DNA from: an uncultured candidatus Porisulfidus sp.
GTDB lineage: Bacteria; Pseudomonadota; Gammaproteobacteria; Poriferisulfidales; Poriferisulfidaceae
DNA length: 64,000 nucleotides
Direction: 5' to 3'
Assembly (NCBI GenBank): GCA_965116025.1
Contig: OZ220480.1
Span: 896,001 to 960,000, forward strand
Below, piece after piece: positions 63,741 through 64,000 of the stretch. Under the pieces are notes generated by a model that saw only the letters and a list, made by a program, of their open reading frames with translations, did not search any database and was not told the DNA's origin. The position numbers were made by a program, and so were the translations under genes. The stretch's first letter is position 1. The number at the start of each line of letters is the position of its first letter.

Positions 63741-64000
63741 GTGCCGCTGGCCGAGTCCGATTCGCTACGTTTGAACGTGCTGCTGACTCAGCCGTTGCGA
63801 GCGATTCGCATCGATGAGTCGCGAATGCGCTTGGAAGCCTTGACCGAGCGGGGCGAGGCGCGGGTGCCCCTGCATCCGAACGCCCGCCCGGAATCCTATC
63901 TGCGCGAGGTTCGCGCCTTGCTGTCCACTCGGGTCCTAGGGTCGCCGGGCGGATATCCGTTGTACATCCGGCGTTGGACCCGCATGGGCCAAGCCCGCGA
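63741..64000 (+). CDS. dsrS: DsrS-like sulfur-oxidation accessory protein (3' truncated by window edge)
   Basis: Own translation: VPLAESDSLRLNVLLTQPLRAIRIDESRM...LGSPGGYPLYIRRWTRMGQAR; resembles the DsrS N-terminus as I recall it; absent from the ORF track because no stop falls inside the window. Confidence 0.75.
   Translation, partial: MPLAESDSLRLNVLLTQPLRAIRIDESRMRLEALTERGEARVPLHPNARPESYLREVRALLSTRVLGSPGGYPLYIRRWTRMGQAR

Overview
GC-rich bacterial chromosomal segment, most likely a sulfur-oxidizing gammaproteobacterium. This is inferred from a DsrS-like gene at the right edge, gamma-type rpoD/tRNA-Ile2 and asmA-mutY-yggX synteny, and glucosylglycerate genes suggesting a marine niche. The backbone is housekeeping: panC/panD, ppc, pgi-gpgP-gpgS, Fe3+ ABC, zur-znuCB, rpsP-rimM-trmD-rplS, rpoD, galU, mazG, nadC, phoBR-pstCAB, mutY, asmA, moaC, bioHC, plsY and 3 tRNAs. 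Small accessory modules are interspersed: HipBA-like TA, AAA-ATPase + S8 protease (IetAS-like), XRE-ImmA + PIN, a DUF4143 ATPase, an Excalibur nuclease and an OMP. The standout is three dispersed paralogous ~3.5 kb autotransporter genes. Each carries a very long poly-G tract (G23, G22, G27) at the same position inside an extended signal peptide, and each is out of frame as assembled. A conserved 20-mer after the tract holds stop codons in both wrong frames. The passenger domains are mosaic, with near-identical blocks alternating with swapped segments. Together this looks like an ON/OFF phase-variation plus recombinational-diversification system for surface proteins. Homopolymer lengths may be mis-called by sequencing, so the current ON/OFF state needs read-level confirmation.
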